DNA of 63,935 bases, filler included, from Dimargaris cristalligena (GCA_003614675.1; 26 parts of 26 records of this genome joined end to end with filler, not necessarily neighbours in it); one strand, 5' to 3'. Positions 12,475 through 24,800 are shown, counted from the whole stretch's first letter. Translations and numbers: made by a program. The notes: a model not told the origin generated them from the sequence alone.

Positions 12475-14112
12475 TTCAAGTATAAATACTCACACTTGCT
12501 GTCACCTCTTGGAACAGCAAGTCTATCATCACCTTTCCCTTTTTATCATCTATCTTTTCAAATAAAGTTTGGTTTTTAAGGATTTGATTTCAGTTCTTTA
12601 CAGTTAGCATTATGCCCTTACCTAACACTAGGACCCGCTTGGCCAAGTCTAAGTCCTGTCTGACTATTAGAAGCCTACCCCCAGGACTCTTGACAGACTA
12701 AGAGTAGATATCCCAGGTGATATTAATTAATATATATACTAAACTCTTATTATTATTTATACCTAACTTATTAATTGCAAACTTCCTACTCTAATATTAA
12801 TATATCTTCCCTAATATTAGACCTTCTAATCCACCTTAATCTAGCTAGCTTAGATGTCTAACTATATTAGGCCCTATAGTGCCATATTAGCTTTCCTATA
12901 GTCACCCCTGGTACTATGGGATTATCCTATATTATATAACCCTCCCCCTTCTGGACTCTGCCTATTCATACTAATTACTCAAGTGCTAATCTGAAGACTC
13001 TTCTGGTTACCCTTCGAGTTTTCTGAATACTTATGACTATCCAACTAGCCCATTTACCTATACCTTAGTTTAGTAGTATCCCCCTCCAGGGACCTCCCTC
13101 TGGAGTTATCCCTATGTATATATAACCAGGCCCCATTGGGACCAGTTAGATAGCTTAGCTTATTTCTTACCTCTTAGTTTACCCTAATAAAACTCTATAT
13201 ATACTTATATAGTACCATCCAGAGGTTGGCACTTATCCCCAGACTATGGACAGCCAGTTATCCTCATCAGGGGGCAGAATATACCATAATATACAATGGT
13301 GGTATTATTCCCAGCATTTTCCCACTGAAATTACCTCCTATACTGTGGCATACACAAAAAAATATATCTTATACTCATGGTTTACATTAAAAAGTCCACT
13401 ATTCTTCCTTGTATTTAAAAGTTTGACCTATTTTTCAGTGGATTCCTTGTCATTCCATTATTGACCTTTTTTCTATGTCCCTTTCCTTGTATCCAGCAGC
13501 CCCTAAGGCCCACAGGATAGTTACATAAGTAACTAGCAAATTCCTGTTTATTTAGAGAAAGAATAATCATCACTCATTTTAAATTTCAAACTCATTTCTA
13601 CTATTCTTTGAACTCAACCATGACTTTTATTAATTATTAATTATTAACTCCCTTAGTTCTATTATTTCTCAATAAATATTGACACCCCTTGTTTATCCCT
13701 CTGTTCCCCATCTGGTTTACTAACTATCTGCCCCTTTGTTACCCCTGCATGATGACACCCAACTCTGCCCCTGTCTCCTCTAACTCCATAAACCTCCTGT
13801 CTTTGACAACCAGGGAGCTAGCTGCCACAACTTTTGGCTGTGCTGATAAGGAGGCTGCTACCTCCTTGTAAAACCCAAAGGCCACTGGCAATAGGTTGGA
13901 CCTCCCAGGTAGTATACTTACCCCCCCCCCATATACCTACTAATAAGTGTGCCCACTGTATGTCCCTTACATATACCTATTGTAGCCTTTATTAGTTAGT
14001 ACCTGTACCCTGTACCTGATACTAGTAGCCTGCTTAGCCAAGCCTAAGCCCAACCTATTGTTGGAAGCCTATCCAAAGGACTCTTGACAGACTAAGAGTG
14101 GTTAACCTGGGT
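12475..14112 (+). mobile_element. Nested LTR cluster: family G end (~12540-12602), family A pieces (~12620-12720, 12815-13207, 13915-14112), family F (13208-~13910)
   Basis: G matches 19933-19994 and the reverse complement of 59111-59166. F matches the reverse complement of 57470-58226. A matches the other copies. Confidence 0.7.
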
Positions 14113-14961
14113 ACTACCCATATAGCTAGAGATAAAAGGATTTGAGATGTCCAAAATTAAGGAAATTATAGATTAATGATAAATATAACTTTGTATCACC
14201 AAGTTAAAAGAAAATATAGAAATAGTGTGAGTCTTGAAAGAATGGTCTAAATAGCTAATAGCTTAGCATAGATGCAATAAGGTCGGGTTTTATACTGGGC
14301 TTGAACCATGTTCTCCAAGTGCTGGGTTAATTAATTACCATGGTGCTATATAAAATAAAAGACATCAGTAAATACTAATGCTTCCAAAAGGGTGTTCACT
14401 ACCTCATTATATTAACATGAAGGAATAGGGGGAAGGTTAATGTATCTTCCCTTAGTAGAAACATATAAGGTCTTCAATCAGCATGTTAGATTATTGAATG
14501 TTGGAAGTTCTAATAGAAGTTGGCTTTACCTATAGCTATTGGTTAATATCAATTCGAAGAAATTGTTTCAGGAGTTCAAGGTGGTACTTCCTCTATTTTC
14601 GGGGTAGCAGAAGGCCACCAAAAAGGTCATTATTGGTTTGGACCATTGGCAAAAACCCCGCCCATGTTTTTTTTTGGTATATAGCAATTCACTACCAAAA
14701 AATTATGTTGTGGTGTGGCAGAACGGCTAGTATAATAATAGGCGGGAATGCCTTATAGTCAAAAGATGTAGTAAAATCGAACTAAAGATAACTGTAGGTA
14801 AAACTACCGGTACAGTTCAGAAGAATGAAAAAAGAGATGTTTTATTAAGAGTTGCGATTCTNNNNNNNNNNNNNNNNNNNNNNNNNNNNNNNNNNNNNNN
14901 NNNNNTTAATTAATTAANNNNNNNNNNNNNNNNNNNNNNNNNNNNNNNNNNNNNNNNNNNN

Positions 14962-15010
14962 GTTCCAGTGCTGATTGCGTCGTGGGTGCTGGAGGGACAT
15001 TGGATAGTAC
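14962..15010 (+). repeat. 49-bp direct repeat (partner 17293-17341)
   Basis: GTTCCAGTGCTGATTGCG...GGATAGTAC is identical at both ends of the contig. Confidence 0.95.
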
Positions 15011-15054
15011 AACTGAGGATAGTGATGATGTATACGTTACATGTATGGCCCAGC

Positions 15055-15079
15055 AATAGACCCAAAGCAACCAGCATAT
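15055..15079. repeat. 25-bp perfect inverted repeat (partner 17148-17172)
   Basis: AATAGACCCAAAGCAACCAGCATAT versus ATATGCTGGTTGCTTTGGGTCTATT. Confidence 0.95.
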
Positions 15080-16889
15080 ACTTCCCCTCCTCTTCCAACC
15101 GGATCAAAGCTACCCGCGATGGCAAATTTATTATGGCTACAGGTAAGTGCCTTTTGGCTTGATTGAGTAAACTGAGTGTAATCTTGATGTGCGCGGCGCT
15201 CGTTCCAATGTAACTAACCCCTTCGCCGCCTTATCACCCTAACCCTAAATTAAACAGGAACCTATAAACCCCGCATGCGAGTGTTTGAATTTGCCGAAAT
15301 GTCCATGAAGTTCGAACGGCACACGAATTCCGAGAACGTCAACTTCACCCTACTATCAGACGACTGGACCAAGAGTGTCCATTTGATGAGCGACCGGTAC
15401 CTTGAGTTTCACTCCCACGGAGAAATGCACTACCGAACTCGTATTCCCGCCTTTGGTCGCGATCTAGCGTATCACCGGCCCACCTGCGACTTGCTCGTGA
15501 CCGGCGCCCAATCCGAGGTCTACCGCCTTAACCTAGAGGAGGGCCGCTTCATGAAACCCTTCGAAACCAGCAGTGCCGCGGGCGTCAACGTGGTGGACAT
15601 CAACCCGGCCCACCAGCTCTTTGGTTTCGGTACCGAGAGCGGGACCGTGGAGTTCTGGGACCCTCGGGCCAAACGTTGCATCGGAACAGTGGTACCCAGC
15701 GCCTCCCAGGCCATCGTAGACCCCTCCGTGAAGGACTACGGGGTGACTGCCCTGAAGTTCCACGACGATGGCCTGTCCTGTGCCGTGGGAACTTCGGCGG
15801 GCCAGGTGATGCTCTACGATCTCCGAAACGCCTCTCCCTACCTATCCAAGGATCATCGCTACAGTCTGCCCATTAAGAGCCTGGCGTGGCACACCTCGGC
15901 CATGGACACGGCCGACCGGCAGCACCGGGTCATCAGTACCGACAGCAAGGTGATTCGTATCTGGGACAAGTTCACGGGCAAGCAAATGACCTCCATTGAG
16001 GCCAGTCGGCCCCTGAACGACGTGTGCGTCCTGGGTAACTCGGGCATGATGTTTGCCGCCAACGAAGGTGCCGATATTTACGGGTTTTATATCCCGGCCC
16101 TCGGCCCCGCGCCCCGCTGCTGCTCCTTCCTGGACAACCTCACGGAAGAAATGGAGGAGAACCCCAAACACACCATCTACGACGACTACAAGTTCGTTAC
16201 ACGCAAGGAGCTATCGTCGCTCAGCCTGGACCATCTGGTGGGCACCAACCTGCTACGGCCCTACATGCACGGATTCTTTGTCAATCTGCGTCTGTACGAC
16301 AAGGCCAAGTCGATTGCCGAGCCCTTTGCCTACGACGAGTACCGCGAGAAGCAACTCCGCACGATTCTGGACAAGGAACAGGCCTCCCGTATCCAGGCCA
16401 CCGGCACCAAGAAGGAGCGCAAGGTCAATCGCCTGCTCGCCGAACGGGCCGCCAAGCAAAAGAGCCTCCTCACTGGGCACCGGTCCAAGTCGGACGGTGC
16501 GGCCAAGAACCTGCCCAGCCTCCTCCACGACAGCCGCTTTACTGCCATGTTTGAAGATCCCGATTTTGAGATTGATAGCGAAACTCAAGAGTTCCAGGCT
16601 CTTCAAGCCGGTCAGGTAAGTCGACATTGGGTGCTAGCGAAACCATTTATCCAGCTAGGTCCACAGGCACTCCTTGTCCTGTCCTATTTGGCCTATTAGG
16701 TGGTACGTGTGACTAACTAAGTATTGCCAATTTATGCTGTTTATATTATCCTTGTTTTTTAACGCTGCGCTTGAACCATGCCATACCATACCATACCATA
16801 CCACGCCCGCCGGCCAACAGTCTATTTATACCATGAAGCAGGCCGGCACTTTCCAGAAGGAAGATCAAGACGGGGCCGACTCTGAGTAA
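15080..16889 (+). CDS. NOL10: Nucleolar protein 10 / ENP2 (WD40 + NUC153), 5'-truncated; exons ~15080-15142, 15258-16615, 16821-16889
   Basis: FPSSSNRIKATRDGKFIMATG|TYKPRMRVFE...DDWTKSVHL...SFLDNLTEEMEE...YDDYKFVT...YMHGFF...DSRFTAMFEDPDFEID. GTAAGT...AG introns at 15143-15257 and 16616-16820. Confidence 0.92.
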
Positions 16890-17608
16890 TCGGTCCGCCC
16901 AGTTGTTTTGGGCCAGAGCCAGGCCAATTTGTGTTTCCCGTTAAATTGACCTTTCTTATGGGCCACCCTTTGTTTTTTATCCACCATTAAATGGGCATTA
17001 CATTCAATAGAGTGGTGGTGTATCCGGGTGATTTGGAACATTTCGGTTCACATTTGGTTTTTTCCATTAATTGCGGGGTTGGTGATAATGGTTGAGGGCC
17101 CAGTTTGCTGAGTCCTCGGGGCTTCGAGTGGACATAGGAGGGGGGGGATATGCTGGTTGCTTTGGGTCTATTCGTATAACAAACAGCGTGGCGTACGGCA
17201 ACACTCCCGTCCTTCTATTGACGGACAGTATGGAGGAGGGATATATAGAAGCCACCTATTGCCAGGACATCACGTGAGAGGCGGTCCTCTTTGTTCCAGT
17301 GCTGATTGCGTCGTGGGTGCTGGAGGGACATTGGATAGTACTATGCTNNNNNNNNNNNNNNNNNNNNNNNNNNNNNNNNNNNNNNNNNNNNTTAATTAAT
17401 TAANNNNNNNNNNNNNNNNNNNNNNNNNNNNNNNNNNNNNNNNNNNNTTGCCCAAACCACCTTCACTGGCTGTCTCGCGCCAGGTCGCATCGTCACCTCC
17501 GCTGGTTTCTCCGCCTAGGCCCCCGAATACAAGGTCATCTCCGTGGCCGACTCAAGTATCCCCGTGTCGTGTGCATTTGCGCAATTGATTGTGGCCATCT
17601 TACACACA

Positions 17609-18034
17609 ATGGACGTCCTGGCTGGAATACTGGATGACTGTATACTGTCGGGGTTGGAACATGATGTGTCGGCTTTTGCGATGGCTTTACTCGATGTAGC
17701 GGATATGAGACCCAGTAATTACTACATTACTCGTAGCGAACATCGCTTTACGTTTGGTCGTTGCGATCTTACTGTAGCCAGCTTTGACACCAGACATGAG
17801 ATACTGGTAATTGAGTGTAAGAGTAAAGGAGCTCGCGAGGCTGCTGGTGTGGAACAATTATTCGAATATATGGTCAAATGCAATTTTCCTCACGGGTTCC
17901 TCATGTATCCTGATCGAACAATCTACTTTCGCCAAAACGAAGAAGGAGTGCCTATGAAAGTCCGTACGTATTGCCATAAAAATGACCTCAGTGATATGTT
18001 GTCGCAGGTTCGGAGTTTCCTGGTACCCCGCTAA
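17609..18034 (+). CDS. Small PD-(D/E)XK restriction-endonuclease-fold protein (~141 aa from the first ATG)
   Basis: E...GRCDLTV...ILVIECKS...GVEQLFEYM...GFL gives D, ExK and QxxxY motifs; intronless. Confidence 0.75.
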   Translation: MDVLAGILDDCILSGLEHDVSAFAMALLDVADMRPSNYYITRSEHRFTFGRCDLTVASFDTRHEILVIECKSKGAREAAGVEQLFEYMVKCNFPHGFLMYPDRTIYFRQNEEGVPMKVRTYCHKNDLSDMLSQVRSFLVPR

Positions 18035-19769
18035 TTAGTTGTGTCATCCGGTTAACTATGAATAATTGGCATCGGTTGATTGCGAATCCCGCACATAATC
18101 AGTATATCAATACAATGTTTAACTTGCCTACATGCTCTCGGCATCTATTGTGACTGCTTTTGTTATAGTACTATCATTTTTTGATAACATTATCCTTGCA
18201 AATAAAAATATTATTATATTTCGCAGTTCTTGACGCTTCGTGCTTTGAAGGTGCACTGACCCAATACCACGCATACGCTTAACCAAGCTATCGTTGTCTG
18301 AAAAATAGTATATACATATTGGTAAGTTCAGCCTGACTGGAGAAATTGGATAGTGGCAAATTGCCAATTTGTCATAACCCCAGATGGTATTTTTGTTAAT
18401 AGCGAATATGTATGAGCGTAATTAAATTAGGGAGGAATCTTTCATTAATAGCTGTAGATATATGGACACACGATGATAATAAGCGGTAATGGGTTAGTGA
18501 GTAGCGGGTAGGATTAATAGCCATCTAAGGGTCTACATTAGGGCACCCCAATGCCCTATATTTATACTGGAGTATTGACGTACCCGATGGTGCGGATACC
18601 GGGCAGTTGCTAACGTCGGTATGGGCTGACACATGGGCCCTGCTCGGCAGAGAGCCATAGACGCAGAGTTCTGGCAGGTTCTAGCGTGGCCTCATGTTAG
18701 TGTACCGAGTGGTGCTGCTTCAGGGTTTCCATTGGCTGGTATCCTTGTAGTAGCATCCGGTGGTTCTACAGCCATGGTTGTAGTATGTGTACTGACATGG
18801 GCAGGGATGGGGTTTTCATTCCATGAGAATAACCGGTTGTTCAACGTTGGCACACTACCCCGACACTTAATAAGCAAAGATCCGCCACCTTGAATAGTTC
18901 TCTTGATAGTATAATGGACGCCGCTGATAAACCTTCCAAGTCTAGTTAATATTCTTCACTTTACTTAGCCGCGCTTCATTCACCTTCGCAAAAAAGCCCA
19001 TGTTCCCATGTAGCGTCAAGTGAGAGGAAGGAATTCCACTCACCAGAAGAAAGGGCACAGTGGCGGAGTTTTTCTGACTTCCATATTTCAAGTTCAGCTT
19101 ATTTAGATAACATGAACGCCTCGGTGGATCCAAGGTGATTCCAATTCCCGATTATTATTTAGTTATTTTTACACGAAGTTTTTAATCCTGAAGACTTGAC
19201 CAGTTTTTCCCTTCGTGGTTTTATGGTTGCTAGTCCATCCGAGGACGAAGTCCAAGAGGCGTAGTATAATTTTAGCCCATAATACAATTTCATATATATA
19301 TAGCATTTTTGTCGGCCCTTATAACGGGAAGTTATTCTCCGAGATACATCCGAATAAATATCTATCCTTAACTTCACCCAGTGTTTTTACCCAGTATCAG
19401 CCGATGACTTCAAGTGGAAGCCGATTTATGTTTTATCTTTTTACTATTATTTTATTTTCTTCACCCAGTTGTCCTTCATGGGAACGTTGTTCCCCCTCGG
19501 ACAACTTATGCTGGGCATTCCCAGCGGAAGTTCGTTAATAATAATAGGCCTCTTGAGGCCGTAATAGGCTTTATTTCATCAGATTTGATATATAATGTAA
19601 ATGGTTTTTAGTAAAAGATGAATCCCTGCCTCGGCAGGTTATATGTACTGCTGCTCTAGTCCGGGGTATGCCCTCCCTTTTCTTCCTTAGACCTTTTGAA
19701 AGCCACAACTCACACTTCTATATTTCCCCTCCCTATATTATATATTCAAAAAACTATTAACCCACTTTC

Positions 19770-19832
19770 TGTCGCCCGAGTTAACCACTCTTAGTCCGTC
19801 AAGAGTCTCGGGGGTAGGCTTCTAACAGTAGG
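19770..19832 (-). repeat. LTR family A 3' terminus, little-mutated copy
   Basis: On the minus strand it ends ...TTAACTCGGGCGACA, inverted relative to the 5' TGTCGCCC. CpGs are intact here but not in the other copies. Confidence 0.75.
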
Positions 19833-20441
19833 NNNNNNNNNNNNNNNNNNNNNNNNNNNNNNNNNNNNNNNNNNNNTTAATTAATTAANNNNNNNNNNNN
19901 NNNNNNNNNNNNNNNNNNNNNNNNNNNNNNNNTTTTATCACCTATCTTTTCAAATAAAGTTCAGTTTTCAAGGATTTGAGTTCAGTTCTTTACAGCAGGT
20001 CTATCACCAATGGTATTACTCATACATTGAAATTTAGAATACCAGGTGTAAAGATAGACAAGGGGAATGTAAAAAGTGCAGGGCTTAGGTGTCGAGAGTG
20101 AACCTGTCAGAGATCAAACTATTAGGATCAGCCAGATATATGGGTATAGGGACACGGGCCTTCCCTTAGGGATGTGTTAATTAATTTTGCTTAGCCAAAA
20201 AAATGCCCCAGGTAGCTTAAAGCCATAGCCCTGCATTAGCATAGAGCCTTGTCAAGGGATTGGTGGGTTTGGGTATAAGAAGAGTAAGAGCCACCCTCTC
20301 TAAAAACATTATCAACATTGCCATCACATTCCTCATTTCCCAATTTCAACTCATATACATATTAGCATCCCTACTAGATAGCTGGGCTATTAACATACTC
20401 CAATCTTTCATTCCATCTCATCTTATCCCATTTACCTTACT

Positions 20442-20649
20442 ATGGCTTGGATTATTACTAAGGTTTTGATTCTGGGTGCCTTCTGTGCTATTACTGTTAT
20501 GGTCATCACCAATGTCAGTACTTTACAGACCACCCCCCAAATCCCCAAACAGTTCATCAGTACCAACACTAATCTGCAGGCACATCCCAGTAAGCAGAGT
20601 GTGTCTGCCAAAAACAAGCCTACTATTCAAGATGCTGGTTCTAACAACA
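20442..20649 (+). pseudogene. Possible secreted-protein gene 5' end, cut by a solo LTR at 20650-20872
   Basis: MAWIITKVLILGAFCAITVMV signal-like start; CpG-free; the ORF runs into the LTR. Confidence 0.35.
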
Positions 20650-22416
20650 TATTGAAGAATATGTTCCTATGTGTTCTTTATCCTATCCTATTTAAATCCA
20701 ATTATGTTAGTTTATTCTGCTATCATGAGATTATTCATATTAGCAACTTATATTTCACCCTACAGAAAATTACAGTTCAATAAAACTAACCACCTAGAGG
20801 CACCTACTATCCTCTAGCTGCTATCTTCCCTTTCTTCCAGTTTTATTTCCTTTAAGCCCTTAGTATTCCAATACCAGATTCAAGGGCTGGGAATTTAGTC
20901 TAAATGAGATACAGTAATAAATATTAGAAAGAGTTACATAACTTGTACTGATGGTTCCTATACCAGTTATATATTCATTTTTCTCCTTTGTTAAGAATCC
21001 CGCCATTTCTGAGGAGTGACTCAAAACTTACAAGAGTCAGAAACTACAGCCTAAATAGTATTATCAGTAAGAAAATATCTAAAAATAAAATCAAAAGCCA
21101 GGTATTTTCCACTGGGAAATAGAGCTTCATTAAGAACTTAATAAATGATTAGAAAAATAATAACGGAGCCTAAGTGTGAGGAAGAAGTATGTGGATCCCA
21201 ATAAAAGGTCAATCCGTGGTTGGATACTTCCCAGTATGGCCCATTAAGTACAGGATCTTAACTATAGCTGTGGGTGTAGGGGGGGGTGTTAATTGGAATA
21301 AATAATAATTAGTAACAGGATTTGCCCCTTGGGTCTGCCATGGCCAACGTTAAAGCAGCCTGCTGAAGAAGTGCACCCCCATGACTGTTGGGTTAAAATA
21401 AGAAGACCCTGATTCAGCCCTAGCGCAATGTGAAATATGAAGGACGGCTGCCCCCCACCCCCAGGGTTCCTTTATAGTACCCAGCAGGGCGACATGGGAC
21501 AGGAAATGGTATTGGGAAAAGGGCACGACTACTATGTATGGTACCTACTACTTAATGGACCAAATTAGCCAACATCTTCATGGCGGGAGATTAGTCTCCT
21601 AGGTCAGTCTTGGACTATGCAAAACAAGCGCAGGGGAGAACAGTAAGGCAGGGAGGGAAATTGCGGGTAGAGAGGCATTGGGTGGTGTCAGGACAAGGAG
21701 GGGGGGATGGACCGGGGCCGGGTGAGCCACACTACCTCTTCTACTCACCCTCTCTGTATTTCTCGCCAATCAATGTTCAGGAACTACTGAACCCGGCGAT
21801 CAAATGATCTGTCGATGGGACTCCTTTAGGCTCTAAATAATTTGCTGGGCCAATTGATCCAGATGGTGGCTCCCAGCAGTCCAGTGTTCAGGCTGGTCGA
21901 AGGGGGGAGAGTAGGGGATTTACATGTTTGGGGTTGGCTGAGTAATCTTGTCCATACCATTCTCTGCCTGGTTTGGTTTAATTGACAACCAAAACTACAA
22001 AATAAACAGGTAGTCGGGGTATTGAAATGCCCCTGGCTCTGCTGTAGTTTCTGGTTTCATTTAAAGCACCAGGGCCAATAGTGGCCAAAGTGTGCGAGGG
22101 CAAGCCACACTCTATGGGTATGTGCGTGGATCTTTCTTTTTGGGACAAAGGAACTCGATGCACAAGCTCCACTGGTCAAAGATGGGATGCTTCTATTTCA
22201 CCTTCGGTATTGTTAGAATAGCCAATGGAATGAGTATTTTTATTAGAAAGAGGAACTAGTAGTAAGAACTTTAATGATAGCAATGTGAGCACTAGTAAAC
22301 TAAAGGATCAGGGTGCNNNNNNNNNNNNNNNNNNNNNNNNNNNNNNNNNNNNNNNNNNNNTTAATTAATTAANNNNNNNNNNNNNNNNNNNNNNNNNNNN
22401 NNNNNNNNNNNNNNNN

Positions 22417-23232
22417 TTGGCCACAAGTTTGTGTTTCTGAAGTGTCTGGAGGACCTAGTGGACATAGTGGACGTGGTCTGACTTGGTTTTGCTGAAAATG
22501 AGAATATTATTAAGGTACACCATCACAAACTTGTCGAGGAAGGGCAGGAGGATGTTGTTCATGAGGGTCTGGAAAGTGGCGGGGGCATTGGTGAGGCCAA
22601 AGGCATGACAAGGAACTCAAACTGGCCATACCTGGTGCTGAAAGCTGTCTTGGGGACATCAGAGGGGTGGATTCTGATCTGATGGTAGCCAGTCTTGAGG
22701 TCAATCTTGGAGAAAATGGTACTGCCAGATAGTTGGGCAAAGGACTCAGTGACATCTGGGATGGGGTATCTATTTTTCACAGTTTCCTTATTCAGGGCCC
22801 TGTAATCAATACATAGTCTCCTGGTGCCATCTTTCTTGGGAACAAAGATGACAGGGGAGCTCCAAGGGGAAGCACCAGGTCTGATCCAGCCCTTCTCCAT
22901 GTAGTCTGAGAGTTGGGCCTGGAGTTCTTGGAGATCAGGCTGGGAGAGCCTATATGGGTGCTTAAACATGGGTGCTGAGCAGCCAGTGTCAATGTGGTGG
23001 TCAATGGCCCTAGCAGGAGGGAGGCCAGGTGGAAGGGGGCCAAAGACAGTGGTGCTGAATTTCTGGAGTAGTTCTCTGAGTTCTGGTGGGGCCTGGGACA
23101 GTGGGTCAGTGGTGGTTGTGGGTTCTGAAAGGACAAGGAGGAAGGCGTCCTGGCTGTGGTCATGGAGTTCTCTACCCAGCTGTTTGGCAGAGATAAGGGA
23201 CAGGCTGGGGTTCAGTGGTGCAGTGGGGTCAG
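22417..23232 (-). pseudogene. Ty3/gypsy reverse transcriptase relic
   Basis: [28 protein letters not shown]...[15 protein letters not shown]...[17 protein letters not shown][frameshift][10 protein letters not shown]...[10 protein letters not shown], with catalytic YLDD reading YLNN. Confidence 0.93.
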
Positions 23233-24800
23233 TGAGCAGGTGGCATGTGGTTATGTGAAACATGGCTGATAAGTATGAGAGGTGAGAACATGGAAATGTG
23301 TTGTGGTGTAGGCACCACAATATTAACAACTCACAAGATGGGGAAAGAAAGGGGAGCAAACTGTGGAGTAACTAATAATCACCTGAAGCCAAGGGGATAT
23401 TGTGGTGCCCCACCACATAACTCTATTCCCCTTTTACCATTTCCCCCTCTTTCCTTTTCCTTTGTCTTTCTTCTGTGTTCATCATTGTGTCACCATTGAT
23501 TCCCATAATTCCCATGATACCTTATTCTTCCTTCCCCTTCCTTTGCTAAGCCTTTCCCATTTCTTGGCTTAGCCTGATTGGTCCTTAATTCTGTCTTATG
23601 CATGAGTCACCTAGCTGATGACTAATGGACCATTTTTTCTCTTGCTTTCCACTTGATCATTGAATATAAATAAATTCTTGTCTGCCCCTCTTGGAAGGAG
23701 AGACAACATTGGCTTATACAATCCTTTCTTGATTCCATTGACCCCTTCAACTTCTAATTTTGGAGTATCCCAATTTTACCTTGGCTTCAGGTGACTTTTA
23801 GTTGCTTCATTGTTTACTATTCCTATCATTTCCCATCTTGTGAATTGATACCATCACCTCAGCTTTAGGTGATTGTTTAACTCTATATCAATTAAGTTAC
23901 TTTGGCTCTTTACCTGTAGTGTTAGGAATTCAATATTTAACCAGATATTATTGAATAATAAGAAAAATTGTTTTATGGCTAGTACCTACAATATTTAATA
24001 GGAATCCCTTTGCCTTATCCCAACAGTCTGCAATCCCTCATTTACCCTTACGAACATGATAGATACACTGTATGACATGGGCCACAATAATAGTTTCAGA
24101 TGAAATATGACAGACGTGGTACTATCGGGTTAAATAAAGTTGTGATTGGGGGATTTATGTGATTGGACAATTATGAAATATGTCCCATCCATATAATAGA
24201 CTTTCCCATTATGTATGCTTCGTATACAAAATTACCATATTAAACTAACTTTATGGCTATGTCCTATTGAGGTGCCAAACTCGATGAAACAGGGTGAAAG
24301 GCTAATTAGCATCTGAAGCCAAGGTTGTGGTGCCTACACCACATTACATTTTCTTTATACCTTCTTCTCTCCTTTTCCATTTCATTGGCCATGATTTACA
24401 GGACCACTGAGGTGCCTACACCACAACACATTTCCATGTTCTCTCTTCTCATACTTATCAGCCATGTTTCACATAACCACATGCCACCTGCTCACTGATT
24501 GGGTTGTCCTCATCATTGGCCATGTTTCATACAACAACCAGCCCACCTTACCATTGATTGGCTGTTACATCTCACTGGCTATGTATTACATAACAACCTG
24601 CCCACTATCCTAATGATTGATCTCTCTGTCCCTTGCCAAAGCCCACCACATGCCTAGTCTAGTCCAATTGGATTATAGTTCTATCACATGCATATAATCC
24701 TCATACTGAAGTGCCAATAGGGCCAAATTGTTAAAGAGTTAACTCGTCACCTGAAGCCAAGGTGCTAATAACAATTAACAAGATGGGCAAAGAAAGGGAA
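23228..24800. repeat. Rearranged LTR-like family D fragments, including an ~88-bp inverted duplication (23228-23316 / 24411-24498)
   Basis: Recurrent CA(C/T)CTGAAGCCAAGG (near 23380, 24310, 24748; reverse complement near 23779) and TGTGGTGCC..CACCACA starts (23401, 24326). Confidence 0.6.

Noticed and set aside
16616-16699. Hydrophobic C-terminus of the 474-aa NOL10 ORF
   Set aside because: Read-through into an intron that begins GTAAGT at 16616.
16781-16803. (CCATA)n short tandem repeat
   Set aside because: Ordinary intronic microsatellite.
23233-23359. N-terminus of the 266-aa RT ORF
   Set aside because: Derived from the inverted LTR-like segment; not real pol sequence.
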